Below are positions 10,764 through 20,594 of a DNA stretch of 64,000 nt, piece after piece. Numbering within the stretch: position 1 is the stretch's first letter; every line of letters begins with the position of its first letter. The notes below the pieces were generated by a model. It saw only the letters and a program-made list of their open reading frames with translations, ran no database searches and was not told where the DNA came from. The position numbers and the translations under genes were made by a program. This DNA comes from an uncultured Gammaproteobacteria bacterium. Its GTDB lineage: Bacteria; Pseudomonadota; Gammaproteobacteria; UBA9214. The stretch covers positions 32,001 through 96,000 of the forward strand of contig CAVYZN010000008.1 of the NCBI GenBank assembly GCA_963773065.1, written 5' to 3'.

Positions 10764-11603
10764 TCACGCGGCGGCCTGGTCGGCGCGCTTGAAGAACGCG
10801 AGCAGATCCGCGTTGACCTGGTCCTTCAGGGTCGTGCACAGGCCGTGCGGGGCTCCCTGGTAGACCTTGAGCGTCGCACCCTTGACGAGCTTGGCCGACA
10901 GCCGGGCCGAGTTGGCGATCGGCACGATCTGGTCATCATCGCCGTGCAGGATCAGGGTGGGCACGTCGATCTTCTTCAGGTCCTCGGTCAGATCCGTCTC
11001 GGAGAAGGCCTTGATGCAAAAGTAGGAGCCCGGGAAGCCGCACATCATCCCCTGACGCCAGAACGACTCACGCACGCCTTCCGAGACTTTCGCGCCCGGG
11101 CGGTTGTAGCCGTAGAAAGGCAGGCTGAGATCCTTCCAGAACTGCGAGCGATCGGCGAGGACACCCGCGCGAATCTGATCGAACACCTCGATCGGCAGGC
11201 CGCCCGGATTGGCGGGCGTCTTCAGCATCAGCGGGGGGATCGCACCGATCAGTACCACCTTGGCCACCCGTTGGGTGCCGTGGCGGCCGATATAGCGGAC
11301 CACTTCACCGCCTCCGGTGGAGTGCCCGATATGGATCGCATTTTTCAGGTCGAGCGTTTCGACGAGCGCCGCGAGGTCATCGGCGTAGGTGTCCAGGTCG
11401 TTGCCGTTCCAGGGCTGGCTCGAGCGCCCATGGCCGCGGCGGTCATGGGCGATGCAGCGGTAGCCCTGCGATGCGAGAAAAAACATCTGGTCCTCAAACG
11501 CGTCGGCGCTGAGCGGCCAGCCGTGGCTGAAGACGACGGGCTGTCCTTTGCCCCAGTCGTTATAGTAAATCTGGGTACCGTCTTTGGTGGTGATCGTGCT
11601 CAT
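10764..11603 (-). CDS. Non-heme chloroperoxidase-type alpha/beta hydrolase
   Basis: [24 protein letters not shown] nucleophile elbow, HGDDDQIVP. Confidence 0.9.
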   Translation of the reverse strand: MSTITTKDGTQIYYNDWGKGQPVVFSHGWPLSADAFEDQMFFLASQGYRCIAHDRRGHGRSSQPWNGNDLDTYADDLAALVETLDLKNAIHIGHSTGGGEVVRYIGRHGTQRVAKVVLIGAIPPLMLKTPANPGGLPIEVFDQIRAGVLADRSQFWKDLSLPFYGYNRPGAKVSEGVRESFWRQGMMCGFPGSYFCIKAFSETDLTEDLKKIDVPTLILHGDDDQIVPIANSARLSAKLVKGATLKVYQGAPHGLCTTLKDQVNADLLAFFKRADQAAA

Positions 11604-12009
11604 GGGTGTTCTCCTTTCCTCTCGTTGGAGGAGCTTGAAGTTGCCGCCCTGGCACTTGCGGCACACCTCACCGCCGGAAATCCACCGACGGTTGCCATGA
11701 CGGCAGTGCCGAACAGGAAGTTGTGTAAGAAGGTATAGTCGCCTTATTTCCTAAAATCCATGGGCATTACCCAGCCATTCGCTGGGGTATCTCGTCTGCA
11801 ATTGTCACGCATGCTCGCTGAGTCCCGCCGCGGCCGCCCCGGAAGTAAACATCGTCTGGACGGATATGCCTAGCACGATCATGACGATTGCGTGCTGATC
11901 GACGTCGTGAACGCTGACGGGCGGCGCGAACTCCCCACGTAGTCCGCGAAAATAGCATTTCATTGTTTGCAGAGATATTACCACCATCGAATCGCGCCGT
12001 TACCCATGA

Positions 12010-12200
12010 TGTGGCAAGATTCTGCTCGCAAATGTGACAACCCAACCCACAGCAGCCTGGGCACTGCAGCAACTGCATAAAGCTATCCCGTCGGACCATG
12101 GTGACCGTTTTCTCATCCATCATCGCGATGGCATCTACTCGCCCCGGCTCGACCAAGCTATTACGCACATGGGGCTGCGAATATTCAGCTATCATTTGAT
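12010..12200 (+). pseudogene. Fragment of an rve (DDE) integrase-core transposase
   Basis: ILLANVTTQPTAAWALQQL...RFLIHHRDGIYS resembles the NVT.HPTAAW..QQ / LI.DRD motifs of IS integrase cores; no full ORF. Confidence 0.65.
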
Positions 12201-12302
12201 TAAATCTCTCCGCAGCCTTCTCGCGTGAGCAGAACTACCATTGGAGGGTCTATGTCGAGAATGCGCGAGCGTGACGCCACTACCAACCGACGGAGGTAAC
12301 CG

Positions 12303-12803
12303 ATGAGCAGCACCCAGGTACGCAGTGAAAGCGCGACCGAGATCCCGAGGCCCGGGATGGTCGACATGAAGCTCGAGGTCATCGTCATCCCGGTGTCCGA
12401 CGTCGATCGCGCCAAGCGCTTCTACAGCAGCTTGGGGTGGCGGCTCGATGCCGACTTCGCCACCGGTGAGGACTTCCGGGTGGTGCAGCTGACGCCTCCC
12501 GGCTCGGAGTGCTCGATCATCTTCGGCAAGGGAATCACGTCGGCCGTGCCGGGTTCAGTTCAGGGCCTGCATCTGGTCGTCTTCGACATCGAAGCCGCCC
12601 GAGCCGAGCTCGTCGACCGCGCCGTCGACGTTAGCGAGCTGTTCCACGACGTCGGCGGGGTGTTCCACCACGCCGGGGTCGAGGGACGCGTAAGCGGCCC
12701 CGATCCTGAACGCCGCAGCTACGCCTCGTTCGCCTCGTTCAGCGATCCGGACGGCAACGGCTGGCTGCTCCAAGAGGTGAAGGTACGGCTTCTCGGACGG
12801 TGA
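12303..12803 (+). CDS. VOC family (glyoxalase/bleomycin-resistance) protein
   Basis: MKLEVIVIPVSDVDRAKRFY, VQLTPPGS, FSDPDGNGWLLQE. Confidence 0.9.
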   Translation: MSSTQVRSESATEIPRPGMVDMKLEVIVIPVSDVDRAKRFYSSLGWRLDADFATGEDFRVVQLTPPGSECSIIFGKGITSAVPGSVQGLHLVVFDIEAARAELVDRAVDVSELFHDVGGVFHHAGVEGRVSGPDPERRSYASFASFSDPDGNGWLLQEVKVRLLGR

Positions 12804-12836
12804 CAGAGTCTGAACGACTGAGAAGGAGGACCAATC

Positions 12837-13025
12837 ATGGACGTCGCGACTCTGACAGAGCTTCTGCGTGAGGCAGAGGAGCACCATGGCGACTACGAAC
12901 CGTCCGCTCCCAAGCACCACTGGTCGGGCTGGTACGCCGCCTACATCATCGCGCGTGATCAGGGGAGGACTCCCGCCGAGGCATCCAATGATGCCGCGCT
13001 CCACATGGAAGGTGTCCGAACGTGA
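12837..13025 (+). CDS. Small VOC-associated hypothetical protein
   Basis: Strong RBS AGGAGG; 62-aa ORF with HG.YE...W..WYA.Y motif, overlapping the next start codon. Confidence 0.65.
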   Translation: MDVATLTELLREAEEHHGDYEPSAPKHHWSGWYAAYIIARDQGRTPAEASNDAALHMEGVRT

Positions 13026-13087
13026 GCGGCGACTATGACGTCATCGTCCTCGGGGGTGGCTCGCCGGGCGAGCACTGCGCCGCCGGC
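13022..13087 (+). pseudogene. N-terminal stub of a pyridine nucleotide-disulfide oxidoreductase
   Basis: MSGDYDVIVLGGGSPGEHCA Rossmann start; similarity then ends abruptly. Confidence 0.7.
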
Positions 13088-13237
13088 TTCGCGGTAGAAG
13101 ATGGAGAGGCCGTCCACTTTTACTGTACGATACGAGATATGCTGGGCCATCGCAGACTCCTTCGACTGAGCGAACACATTAAGGGACGAAATGAGTACGG
13201 CGACCAGACCGAGCCAAGTTATCCTCGGGGAGAACAT
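13083..13237 (-). pseudogene. N-terminal stub of a signal-peptide-bearing alpha/beta hydrolase
   Basis: Signal-like MFSPRITWLGLVAVLISSLNVFAQ then ISYRTVKVDGLSIFYREAG; truncated where it meets the opposing stub. Confidence 0.7.
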
Positions 13238-13238
13238 G

Positions 13239-14362
13239 TCATTTACCCTTGGCGGCAAAAGTGCCATCAATCACGCCGAGACGCCCGACACCAGCGTGTC
13301 CAACAGTTCGGTCGTCCTCGTGTGGTGAGTAAGGTTCGCAGCTCTGCCCGGCCCACATCGGGATGAGTTCCTGTCGGCCGGACTTCTCTGCCGGGCCGGA
13401 GATATTCCGCACGAGGAAGCGTTGGAGCGGGTATGGCAGAATTTCTACGCCCGGCGCGTTCATCGTATCAAGCAACCGGTTCTTGATGCCGCGTCCGAGC
13501 CTTCCTGTGAAGCCACGAGTCAACGCCGTTTGACCCGCCTTGCCGCGGAGCAAAGCCTCGCGATACTGCGGACTCGCCCCTGACTCTTCACAGGCGAGGA
13601 ACGCGGTCCCGATCTGCACGCCTTCCGCACCGAGGGCGAAAGCGGCAACGATGCCTCGGGCGTCGGCAATGCCGCCCGCCGCGACAACGGGCACCGACAC
13701 AAGATCGGCGACTTGCGGCACGAGTGAGAACGTCCCAGTCAGTGAGTCCTCTGACGCGCGCAGGAACGATCCGCGATGCCCACCCGCCTCGAAACCTGAG
13801 GCGGCGATCACATCCACGTTCGCCTTTTCTAACTCGATCGCCTCATCCGGTGTGGTGGCGGTGCCGATGATCACGATGCCCTTGGCGCGACATTCGTCCA
13901 GAATGTCTTTCGGCGGGATGCCGATATATGAAACTGAACACCGGCACTTTCGCGTCGATGAGCACGCGCACCTGCTCTTCGAACTTCATCGGCGAGTACG
14001 GCGTGGTAAGACGGAAGAGTGCCGCCCAGCGACTGAATGTGCGGCGCGAGCGTTGCGAGACTTCTCTTGAACGCTGCTTCGTCCGATGTCTTCGCTCCTT
14101 CGTCCTCCATCGAGACCCAGAGGTTCATCGCGAACGGCTTATCGGTCATCGAGCGCAGTTCAGCGATGACGTCCTTGATCGCGCCCGGGGTCAGTCCGTG
14201 TGCGCCGAACGAGCCAAGGCCTCCGTAATTCGAGACAGCAGCCGTCAGCCGTTGCGACGACAAGACCGCCCAGTGGTCCTTGAATGATCGGGTACTTGAT
14301 GCCGAGCTTCGCCGAGACTCTCGTGTTGGCCCACGCCGGCTGCTGTGTTGTTGGTTGCTCAT
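13239..14362 (-). CDS. Nitronate monooxygenase family protein (several frameshifts)
   Basis: LGIKYPIIQGP, AAVSNYGGLGSFG, SGFEAGGHRG, VAAGGIAD, GVQIGTAFL, WAGQS across frames. Confidence 0.85.
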
Positions 14363-14393
14363 CTCCTGAGGAATCCTCACGCCGGTTCAGGCT

Positions 14394-14861
14394 TCACTCC
14401 AGGATGACTTCCAGTTCGACCGGCGAACCGAGTGGAAGGCTCGCGACACCAAAGACAAGGCGCGAAGAGACGGTCTCTTCGCCGAAGACATCGCGAAGCA
14501 ACTCCGACGCCGCATCGGCGACCTTCGGGTGCTCAGTGAACTCAGGCGTCGCGGCGACGTACACGCCGAGCCTCACGACGTGGCTCACGCGGTTCAACGA
14601 ACCCAACTGCTTCTTCGCGAGCGCAAGCACATTGAGTGCGGCCGTGTACGCCGCTTCCCGGCCCGCCTTCACGTCAAGGTCTTTGCCCACGACGCCAACT
14701 ACCGTAGCCGTGTGGCCCGAGGTGGCGAGCATCCCGCTCAGGAAAAGGAGGTTGCCCGTCTGAACGGCAGGCACGTACGCACCAAAAGGCGTTGGCGCAT
14801 CCGGCAGATGAATGCCGAGCTTGGCGAGACGGTCCTCGGCGGTTGTTGAGTTTGTGGTCAT
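14394..14861 (-). CDS. RidA/YjgF family protein
   Basis: YVPAVQTGNLLFLSG, HPKVADAASEL, GVASLPLGSPVELE. Confidence 0.85.
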   Translation of the reverse strand: MTTNSTTAEDRLAKLGIHLPDAPTPFGAYVPAVQTGNLLFLSGMLATSGHTATVVGVVGKDLDVKAGREAAYTAALNVLALAKKQLGSLNRVSHVVRLGVYVAATPEFTEHPKVADAASELLRDVFGEETVSSRLVFGVASLPLGSPVELEVILE

Positions 14862-14879
14862 GACGAAAGCTCCTTTCAA

Positions 14880-15608
14880 TTACCAGCGGCCGAAATGAGC
14901 GCCGCCATCGACGTACAGGATGTCACCAGTGACCGTCGCGGCGTCGGTCAGGTACATGACCGCATCCGTGATGTCCTTGACCGTCGAAGGCCGACCCATC
15001 GGCGACAGGCTCTCCATCACGTCCTTCGGAGTCTCCCGGTGAAGCGGCGTGTAGACGACGCCCGGCGCGACGGCGTTCACGCGGATGCCGTCTTTCGCGT
15101 ACTCCATCGCCAGGTGCTGGGTGATCGTTTCCAGACCGCCTTTGGTGATCATCGGCACCGCCGCCGTGACGCCCCGGATCGGGTTGCGAGCAAGGGCCGC
15201 CGTGATCGTGACGATGCTCCCGCCGGTCTTCTGCGCCAGCATTTGCTTGATGGCGAGTTGGGTGACGTACAGGAAGCCCTCGACGTTCGTCGAGACGAGC
15301 GACTTGAAGTCCTCGGCCGTGTAGTCCGTGAACGGCTTGGTGAAGAAGATGCCGGCGTTATTGACCAGTGCGTCGATCGACTTGAAGCGAGACAGCGCCG
15401 TCTCGACGATCTTGGCGGCAGTTGCCGGCTCGCCGATGTGGCCGTCCACCAGAGCGACGTGGTCGGAAGCCGCGACCTCGGTGGATTGGGTCACCTTCCG
15501 GGAATTGGCAACGACGTTGAAACCCCGTTCGACAAACCCTTTCACGATTCCCGCGCCGATCCCCTGCGAAGCTCCGGTCACGATGGCTGTCTTCCGTGGG
15601 CCGCTCAT
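14880..15608 (-). CDS. SDR family oxidoreductase
   Basis: TGASQGIG, VNNAG, GIRVNAVAPG; catalytic Tyr appears replaced (PMITK). Confidence 0.9.
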   Translation of the reverse strand: MSGPRKTAIVTGASQGIGAGIVKGFVERGFNVVANSRKVTQSTEVAASDHVALVDGHIGEPATAAKIVETALSRFKSIDALVNNAGIFFTKPFTDYTAEDFKSLVSTNVEGFLYVTQLAIKQMLAQKTGGSIVTITAALARNPIRGVTAAVPMITKGGLETITQHLAMEYAKDGIRVNAVAPGVVYTPLHRETPKDVMESLSPMGRPSTVKDITDAVMYLTDAATVTGDILYVDGGAHFGRW

Positions 15609-15663
15609 GGTTGTTTACCTCGAAAACGTCTTGTCACTAGAAAAAATTCGATGGTCAAGCGGA

Positions 15664-16671
15664 TCAGAAATCCGCGTCCAGCACGATGCGGTAACGGGCC
15701 TTGCCTGATTCAAGTCGGGCGAAGGCCTCGTTGATATTGCTCATCGGGAAGTGCTCGGTCTGCGGCGCGACATTGTGCCGTGAAGCGAAGTCGAGCATCG
15801 TCTCGATCGCCACCGGCGAGCCGGTCGGCGAACCTGAGACGCTGCGCTGCTGCAGGATGAGCGAGAACGCCGCGACCGGGATGGGTTCCAGCACGGCACC
15901 GACGACGTGCAACCGGCCGTTGGGCGCGAGCGTGCCGATCATCGCGTCCCAATCGAGCTTCACGTTGACGGTGCTGATCAGGAGGTCGAAGCTGCCGCCG
16001 AGTTTCTTGATCGCCGCCGAGTCCTTGCTCGACACGACGTGATTCGCCCCGAAACCTTTGGCTTCATCGAACTTGCTCTCGCTCGACGTGAACGCCGTCA
16101 CGTCGCACCCGTAGGCCGCCGCGAATTTGACCGCCATGTGGCCCAACCCGCCGATGCCGATGATGCCCACCCGGTCGGTCGGCTTGGCGTACATCGCCAG
16201 CGGCGCGAAGACGGTGATGCCCCCGCACAAGAGCGGCCCGGCTTCGGCGAAGTTCAGCTTTTCCGGCAGCGGGATGGCCCACGCCCAGTGCGCGCGGATG
16301 TGGGTCGCGAACCCGCCGCGATGACCGACGATGGTCGGTTGCACTTGCGGGCAAAGGTGATGGCTTCCCGACATGCACTGGTGACAGTGCATGCAGCTAC
16401 CCGAGTTCCAGCCGACGCCGACGCGCTGTCCGACCTTGAGTCCCTTGGCATTCGGACCTACGGCCGTGACCCGACCGATGACCTCGTGGCCGAGAATCGC
16501 GGGGTACTGCGAAATGCCCCAGTCATTGTTCAAGACGGAGAGATCGGAGTGACACAAACCGCAGTGTTCGACAGCGACTTCAACGTCCTCGGCCCCGAGC
16601 GGTCCGAGATCAACGGTTTCGAGCACCATCGGCTGTTTCGCCGCCTTCGCAACCCATGCCTTATAATTCAT
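15664..16671 (-). CDS. Zn-dependent NAD(P) alcohol dehydrogenase (Ahr/YjgB-like)
   Basis: CGLCHSD, GHE, CxxCxxC..C structural Zn site, GIGGLGH. Confidence 0.9.
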   Translation of the reverse strand: MNYKAWVAKAAKQPMVLETVDLGPLGAEDVEVAVEHCGLCHSDLSVLNNDWGISQYPAILGHEVIGRVTAVGPNAKGLKVGQRVGVGWNSGSCMHCHQCMSGSHHLCPQVQPTIVGHRGGFATHIRAHWAWAIPLPEKLNFAEAGPLLCGGITVFAPLAMYAKPTDRVGIIGIGGLGHMAVKFAAAYGCDVTAFTSSESKFDEAKGFGANHVVSSKDSAAIKKLGGSFDLLISTVNVKLDWDAMIGTLAPNGRLHVVGAVLEPIPVAAFSLILQQRSVSGSPTGSPVAIETMLDFASRHNVAPQTEHFPMSNINEAFARLESGKARYRIVLDADF

Positions 16672-17376
16672 CGCGTCTCCTGTTCTGAAACTTGGGCCGG
16701 ATTGGACGGCGGAAGCAGACGCCGACTGTTTCTGCTTCAATCCGCTGGCTGGCTCGTTGCGGGTTTGGGTTGAATTGGCTTTAAGCGTTTCCATATCACA
16801 ACCCCGTAGCAAGTATAGTTCAGGCGACGCAATGGCAACCCTTGCCAATTCAGGGCATTCAGTTTGGTATGCAGAGCGGATTTTATAAACCTAGCGTTGG
16901 GGAACACTTATGTGCGGATAGGGTTGGAAGTTCCCTTTAAGTGATCGTTTATATTAGAGGCTGCCAAATGGCGGCACACGACTCAACTCGGAAGCGTGTC
17001 AGACTGGATGGCCGGAACGCCGGAAGGTACTGAAGCTGACATTCAGGTTCAAGTGGTATCGGCTATCCTTCGACCCGAGTTGCCGATTAACTGCTAATAA
17101 CTCAGGTCAGAATAGCTCTTACCGATCTTGCAGCTACCCGGGCGATAGTCTACACTCAAATTGCGGAACCAGGGTGTGCATCCGCCTAGGGTGTGCTGTT
17201 TGCACCGAAACGGGGTGGGGTTACGGCAGAGTCAGGTGCATGGCTCATGGGGCACACTAAACGACGTGTACTCGACCCATAAATCCGCCGAAAGGAGAAG
17301 ACAGCGTTGTACAAGGTAAGGAGGCGATAGTGAAAATCGAATATGTGATAGCAGATACGAAAAAGGAGGTGTTGAG

Positions 17377-17912
17377 ATGAACAGTAAAAAAATCCCGGCG
17401 ATTGTGATTATTGTGGTATTGCTCGCTGTCTTGGGTACCGTGGCGATTTCCGCGCAGGACAAGTACACCTTGCAAGTGCCGAATGGGCTCGCGTTCTCTG
17501 ACTTCAGGGGATACGAAGACTGGCAGGTTGTCGCCGTTAGCCAAACCGAAGCCCTTCTCAAGGTGATGGTCGCCAATCCCGCGATGATCGACGCCTACCG
17601 GGCCGGCATTCCGCGCAACGGCAAGCCTTTCCCCGACGGCTCCAAGATTGCGAAGATCGAGTGGAAACCGAAAAAGAGTACGGAGGCCCCCTTTCAGTGA
17701 GGGTGCCAGACACCTTGCAAGACATTTTCTTGATCGAGAAGGATAGCAAGAGATTCCCGAACACGAAGGGATGGGCATACGCCGCGTTTGACTATGACCC
17801 CGCGTCCGACACGTTCGCGCCCAATAAGACTGGGGTCGTCGATTGCGGCTTCGCGTGCCATACGAGAGTGAAGGCAAAAGATTACATTTTCACGGAGTAC
17901 GGGAAGAGGTGA
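17377..17912 (+). CDS. Cytochrome P460-family protein (frameshift near 17695)
   Basis: RBS AGGAGG, signal peptide, GYEDW, PFPDGSKIAK, GWAYAAF, CGFACH, KDYIFT.Y. Confidence 0.8.
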
Positions 17913-17914
17913 AC

Positions 17915-18095
17915 CGGTAGCTGTCATCGACCCACTCACGCCTGGCAATCTCTTTCAGAGACTTTGCCTCACCCGACTCCAGCATAGCCAGCCAGCGGTC
18001 CCCGCGGGTAAGCGCGAGATGAAGCGAGGTCGGCGTGTCATCCCAAGGGCGTGGCTGTAAACGGCCGCCATCTGGTAGGGTCACGACTTTGCGGA
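17915..18095 (-). pseudogene. Fragment of the small HTH protein usually found beside serine recombinases of integrated elements
   Basis: TLPDG...PW...PT.L.LAL.RG.RW..MLESGE..SL.EIA.RE.VD.SY; truncated at both ends. Confidence 0.55.
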
Positions 18096-18119
18096 GACTG
18101 CGACGTTGTCGGCTTTAGA

Positions 18120-18318
18120 CTAATCCAATGCGAGGGCCTTGAGTTTCGCGGAGTGAACCTCGGCGCGGAGGGAAGCAATCACTTCGTTCACGCGCTTTCC
18201 GCTGCGACCGTTGACGATGACGCGAGCGCCTTCGGCAGCGAGGGCTTTAGCAATAGCGAAGCCGATGCCGGCCGTCGAACCCGTGACGAGCGAGTTTGTT
18301 TTCAAGTTGAAGGTTCAT
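18120..18318 (-). pseudogene. N-terminal fragment of an SDR oxidoreductase
   Basis: MNLQLENK..LVTGSTAGIGFAIA..VIVNGRS; stops after about 65 aa. Confidence 0.75.
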
Positions 18319-18325
18319 GGCTGAT

Positions 18326-19090
18326 TCATCTTGCCGTCCAGCCGCCATCCGCCACGAGGGTGTGGCCGGTGACGAACGACGCTTTGTCCGAACACAGCCA
18401 CAGCACCGCTTCGGCGATTTCCTCTGGCCGGCCCGTACGGCCAATCGGATGCAAGGCCGCAATCTGGTCGTGAGCGTCACTGCCAATGGCAGCCGTGAAT
18501 CGATCGAACATCGGCGTCTCAATGCCACCGGGCGACACGGCGTTCACACGAATGCCTTGCGCCGCGTATTCGAGCGCGGCAGTTTTTGTGAGGCCAATCA
18601 CGGCGTGCTTGCTGGCGACGTAAACACCCACGCCCGGAAAACCAACCAGCCCGCCGACCGACGAGTTGTTCACGATTGCGCCGCCGCCATTCTTCAACAT
18701 GGCCGAAACCTCGTGTTTCATGGCGAGCAACACGCCGAGCACATTGATGTCCATCACGGCGCGATAATTTTCGACCGATTGTTCGTGCGTCTGTTTGCCG
18801 ACATCGCCTTCGATGCCGGCATTGTTGAATGCCGCGTCAAGCCGACCGTAAGCGGACAACGTTTTCGCGACGAGCGCTGACACGTCGGCTTCGCTGGACA
18901 CGTCAGCCTTGACGAACGTGGCTTCGCCGCCGTTCTTTTTGATGAGAGAAACAACTTCATTTCCTTCTTTTTCGCGGCGTCCGGAGACTACGACCTTTGC
19001 GCCTTCGCGGGCGAAAGCAATCGCCGTGGCCGAACCAATACCACTCGTGCCGCCTGTTACGAGCGCGATTTTATTAGCAAATGTATTCAT
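18326..19090 (-). CDS. SDR family oxidoreductase
   Basis: TGGTSGIG, FNNAGIEG, YVASK, intact 254 aa. Confidence 0.92.
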   Translation of the reverse strand: MNTFANKIALVTGGTSGIGSATAIAFAREGAKVVVSGRREKEGNEVVSLIKKNGGEATFVKADVSSEADVSALVAKTLSAYGRLDAAFNNAGIEGDVGKQTHEQSVENYRAVMDINVLGVLLAMKHEVSAMLKNGGGAIVNNSSVGGLVGFPGVGVYVASKHAVIGLTKTAALEYAAQGIRVNAVSPGGIETPMFDRFTAAIGSDAHDQIAALHPIGRTGRPEEIAEAVLWLCSDKASFVTGHTLVADGGWTAR

Positions 19091-19204
19091 AGCGTAAAAA
19101 AAGAATAGACGCCCTTTTCCCAGAAGTCCACGGGTAGCTCATGGGCAACCCATCGAACCCCTTCCAAGCCTCCTCCGCTGCTCCTCCCACAGTAACGGCG
19201 TCTC

Positions 19205-19360
19205 CGCCGCCATGGCAGCCGTCCCCCCGGAGTAATTGCCAGTCCGGCCGCTCCGCACGAATCTCAGCGTTGCGGCAGCCTTCGTACTGGCCGTAATCCC
19301 ATTCGACAAGGTCGCGATCGACATCGGCTATGGCCGCGAAACCTGCCAGCTCGCAGGTCC
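19205..19360 (-). pseudogene. Internal fragment of a histidine phosphatase (phosphoglycerate mutase-like) gene
   Basis: TCELAGF...DRDLVEWDYGQYEG...EIRAERPDWQL..DGC; RHG N-terminus absent. Confidence 0.7.
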
Positions 19361-19369
19361 AAGCGAAAA

Positions 19370-19428
19370 GGGGCCGGATACATTTCTTAGAGTACTGGGC
19401 ACTTGTGCCAGGAAATGTATCCGGCCCC
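19370..19428. repeat. 17-bp inverted-repeat hairpin with GGGG/CCCC ends
   Basis: GGGGCCGGATACATTTC (19370-19386) and GAAATGTATCCGGCCCC (19412-19428). Confidence 0.8.
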
Positions 19429-19444
19429 ATTTATTGGCTTTGTC

Positions 19445-20411
19445 AAGGACGTTCGAGCAGGCCGCAGCAAAGTTCGTACTGGAGCACCAGCACAAAGCGC
19501 AGCATCGATGACGACATCGGACGGATCAAGCTGCTCATGCCCTGGATCGGGCAGGAGCCGATTGAGCGGCTCCACCGGGGACCCTTAGAGCCCTGGGTGG
19601 AGCACCGGCGCAAGGAAGGCGCGGCGGCTGGCACCATCAACCACGGTTTGAAGGTGGTGCGGCGGATACTGAACCTCGCGGCAGGCGAGTGGGTTGACGA
19701 GCACGGGCTGACCTGGCTCGCGGGCGCTCCGAAAATCCGGCTGCTGCCGGATACGGAAAAGCGCCAGCCCTATCCGCTCTCTTGGGAGGAGCAGGCAAAG
19801 CTGTTCCAGCACTTGCCGCCGCATCTGGCCGAGATGGCGCTGTTTGCCGTCAACACCGGCTGCCGGGATGGCGAAATCTGCCGCCTGCGGTGGGAATGGG
19901 AAGTGAAGGTTCCCGAGTTCGAGACTTCGGTGTTCATCATACCGGGACGGTATGTGAAGAACGCCGATGACCGGCTGGTGGTGCTGAACCGGATCGCCGC
20001 CTCGGTGGTGGAAGCGCGGCGGGGGAAACATCCCACGCACGTTTTTACCTTCCGGGGGAAGCCGGTCGCGCGACATGCTGAACAGTGCGTGGAGTGCGAG
20101 CGAGAGAGAAAGCAGGCCTGAAACAGGTCCGGGTGCATGATCTCAAGCATACCTTCGGTCGTCGCTTACGCGCCGCCGGGGTGAGCTTTGAAGACCGGCA
20201 GGACCTGCTCGGGCACCGGTCGGGACGGATCACCACGCACTATTCAGCCGCAGAATTATCGCGGCTGATAGAAGCGGCCAACGCGGTGTGTGAGAAAGGA
20301 AACAACTCGGCCCGAACTGGTGGTATTGCGCAGGCTCAGCAGCTCGTAGCCTCACGCAAAACTCACGCAAGGAGATTTTCGAAAGGGACGTTTGTAATGC
20401 TAAGTAGTTGA
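19445..20411 (+). pseudogene. Phage-type tyrosine integrase, N-terminally truncated, frameshift near 20070
   Basis: RTFEQAA.., NTGCRDGEI (R), VKN, HDLKHTFG (HxxK variant), LLGH, ITTHYS (Y); no start between the hairpin and the first homologous residues. Confidence 0.8.
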
Positions 20412-20414
20412 TTT
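20351..20414. promoter_or_regulatory. att-arm-like region: CTCACGCAA direct repeat plus IHF consensus site
   Basis: CTCACGCAA at 20351-20359 and 20362-20370; minus strand AATCAACTACTTA (20401-20413) fits WATCARnnnnTTR, next to the tRNA 3' end. Confidence 0.55.
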
Positions 20415-20416
20415 AA

Positions 20417-20492
20417 TGGTGGGTCGTGAAGGATTCGAACCTTCGACCATCGGATTAAAAGTCCGGTGCTCTACCAACTGAGCTAACGACCC
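20417..20492 (-). tRNA. tRNA-Lys (anticodon TTT)
   Basis: GGGTCGTTAGCTCAGTTGGTAGAGCACCGGACTTTTAATCCGATGGTCGAAGGTTCGAATCCTTCACGACCCACCA; 76 nt, cloverleaf, encoded CCA. Confidence 0.97.
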
Positions 20493-20540
20493 GGTAAGCG
20501 CTGTCGCGGATGCTGCGGGAATCCCGGTCGGGAGGATGGA

Positions 20541-20568
20541 ATCATACTGGCCTGCGTCGAAAGCGCAA
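20541..20568 (-). promoter_or_regulatory. Putative sigma70 promoter for tRNA-Lys
   Basis: TTGCGC-16 bp-TATGAT about 50 bp upstream of the tRNA. Confidence 0.5.
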
Positions 20569-20594
20569 GCCCCGGGGCCCGCCGGAGCCGGGCA

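Larger units (their letters stand above)
1..20416. mobile_element. Decayed genomic island abutting the 3' end of tRNA-Lys; left boundary not identified, probably outside the window
   Basis: Tyrosine integrase ends 5 bp from the tRNA CCA; patchwork cargo, transposase/integrase remnants and many truncated genes; core genes resume on the other side of the tRNA. Confidence 0.7.

Noticed and set aside
16850-17260. Possible attC sites, ncRNA or degenerate REP pair (TAGGGTGTGCTGTTTGCACC at 17187) in the ADH-P460 gap
   Set aside because: Arms too degenerate, no integron integrase, and no convincing structure by eye.
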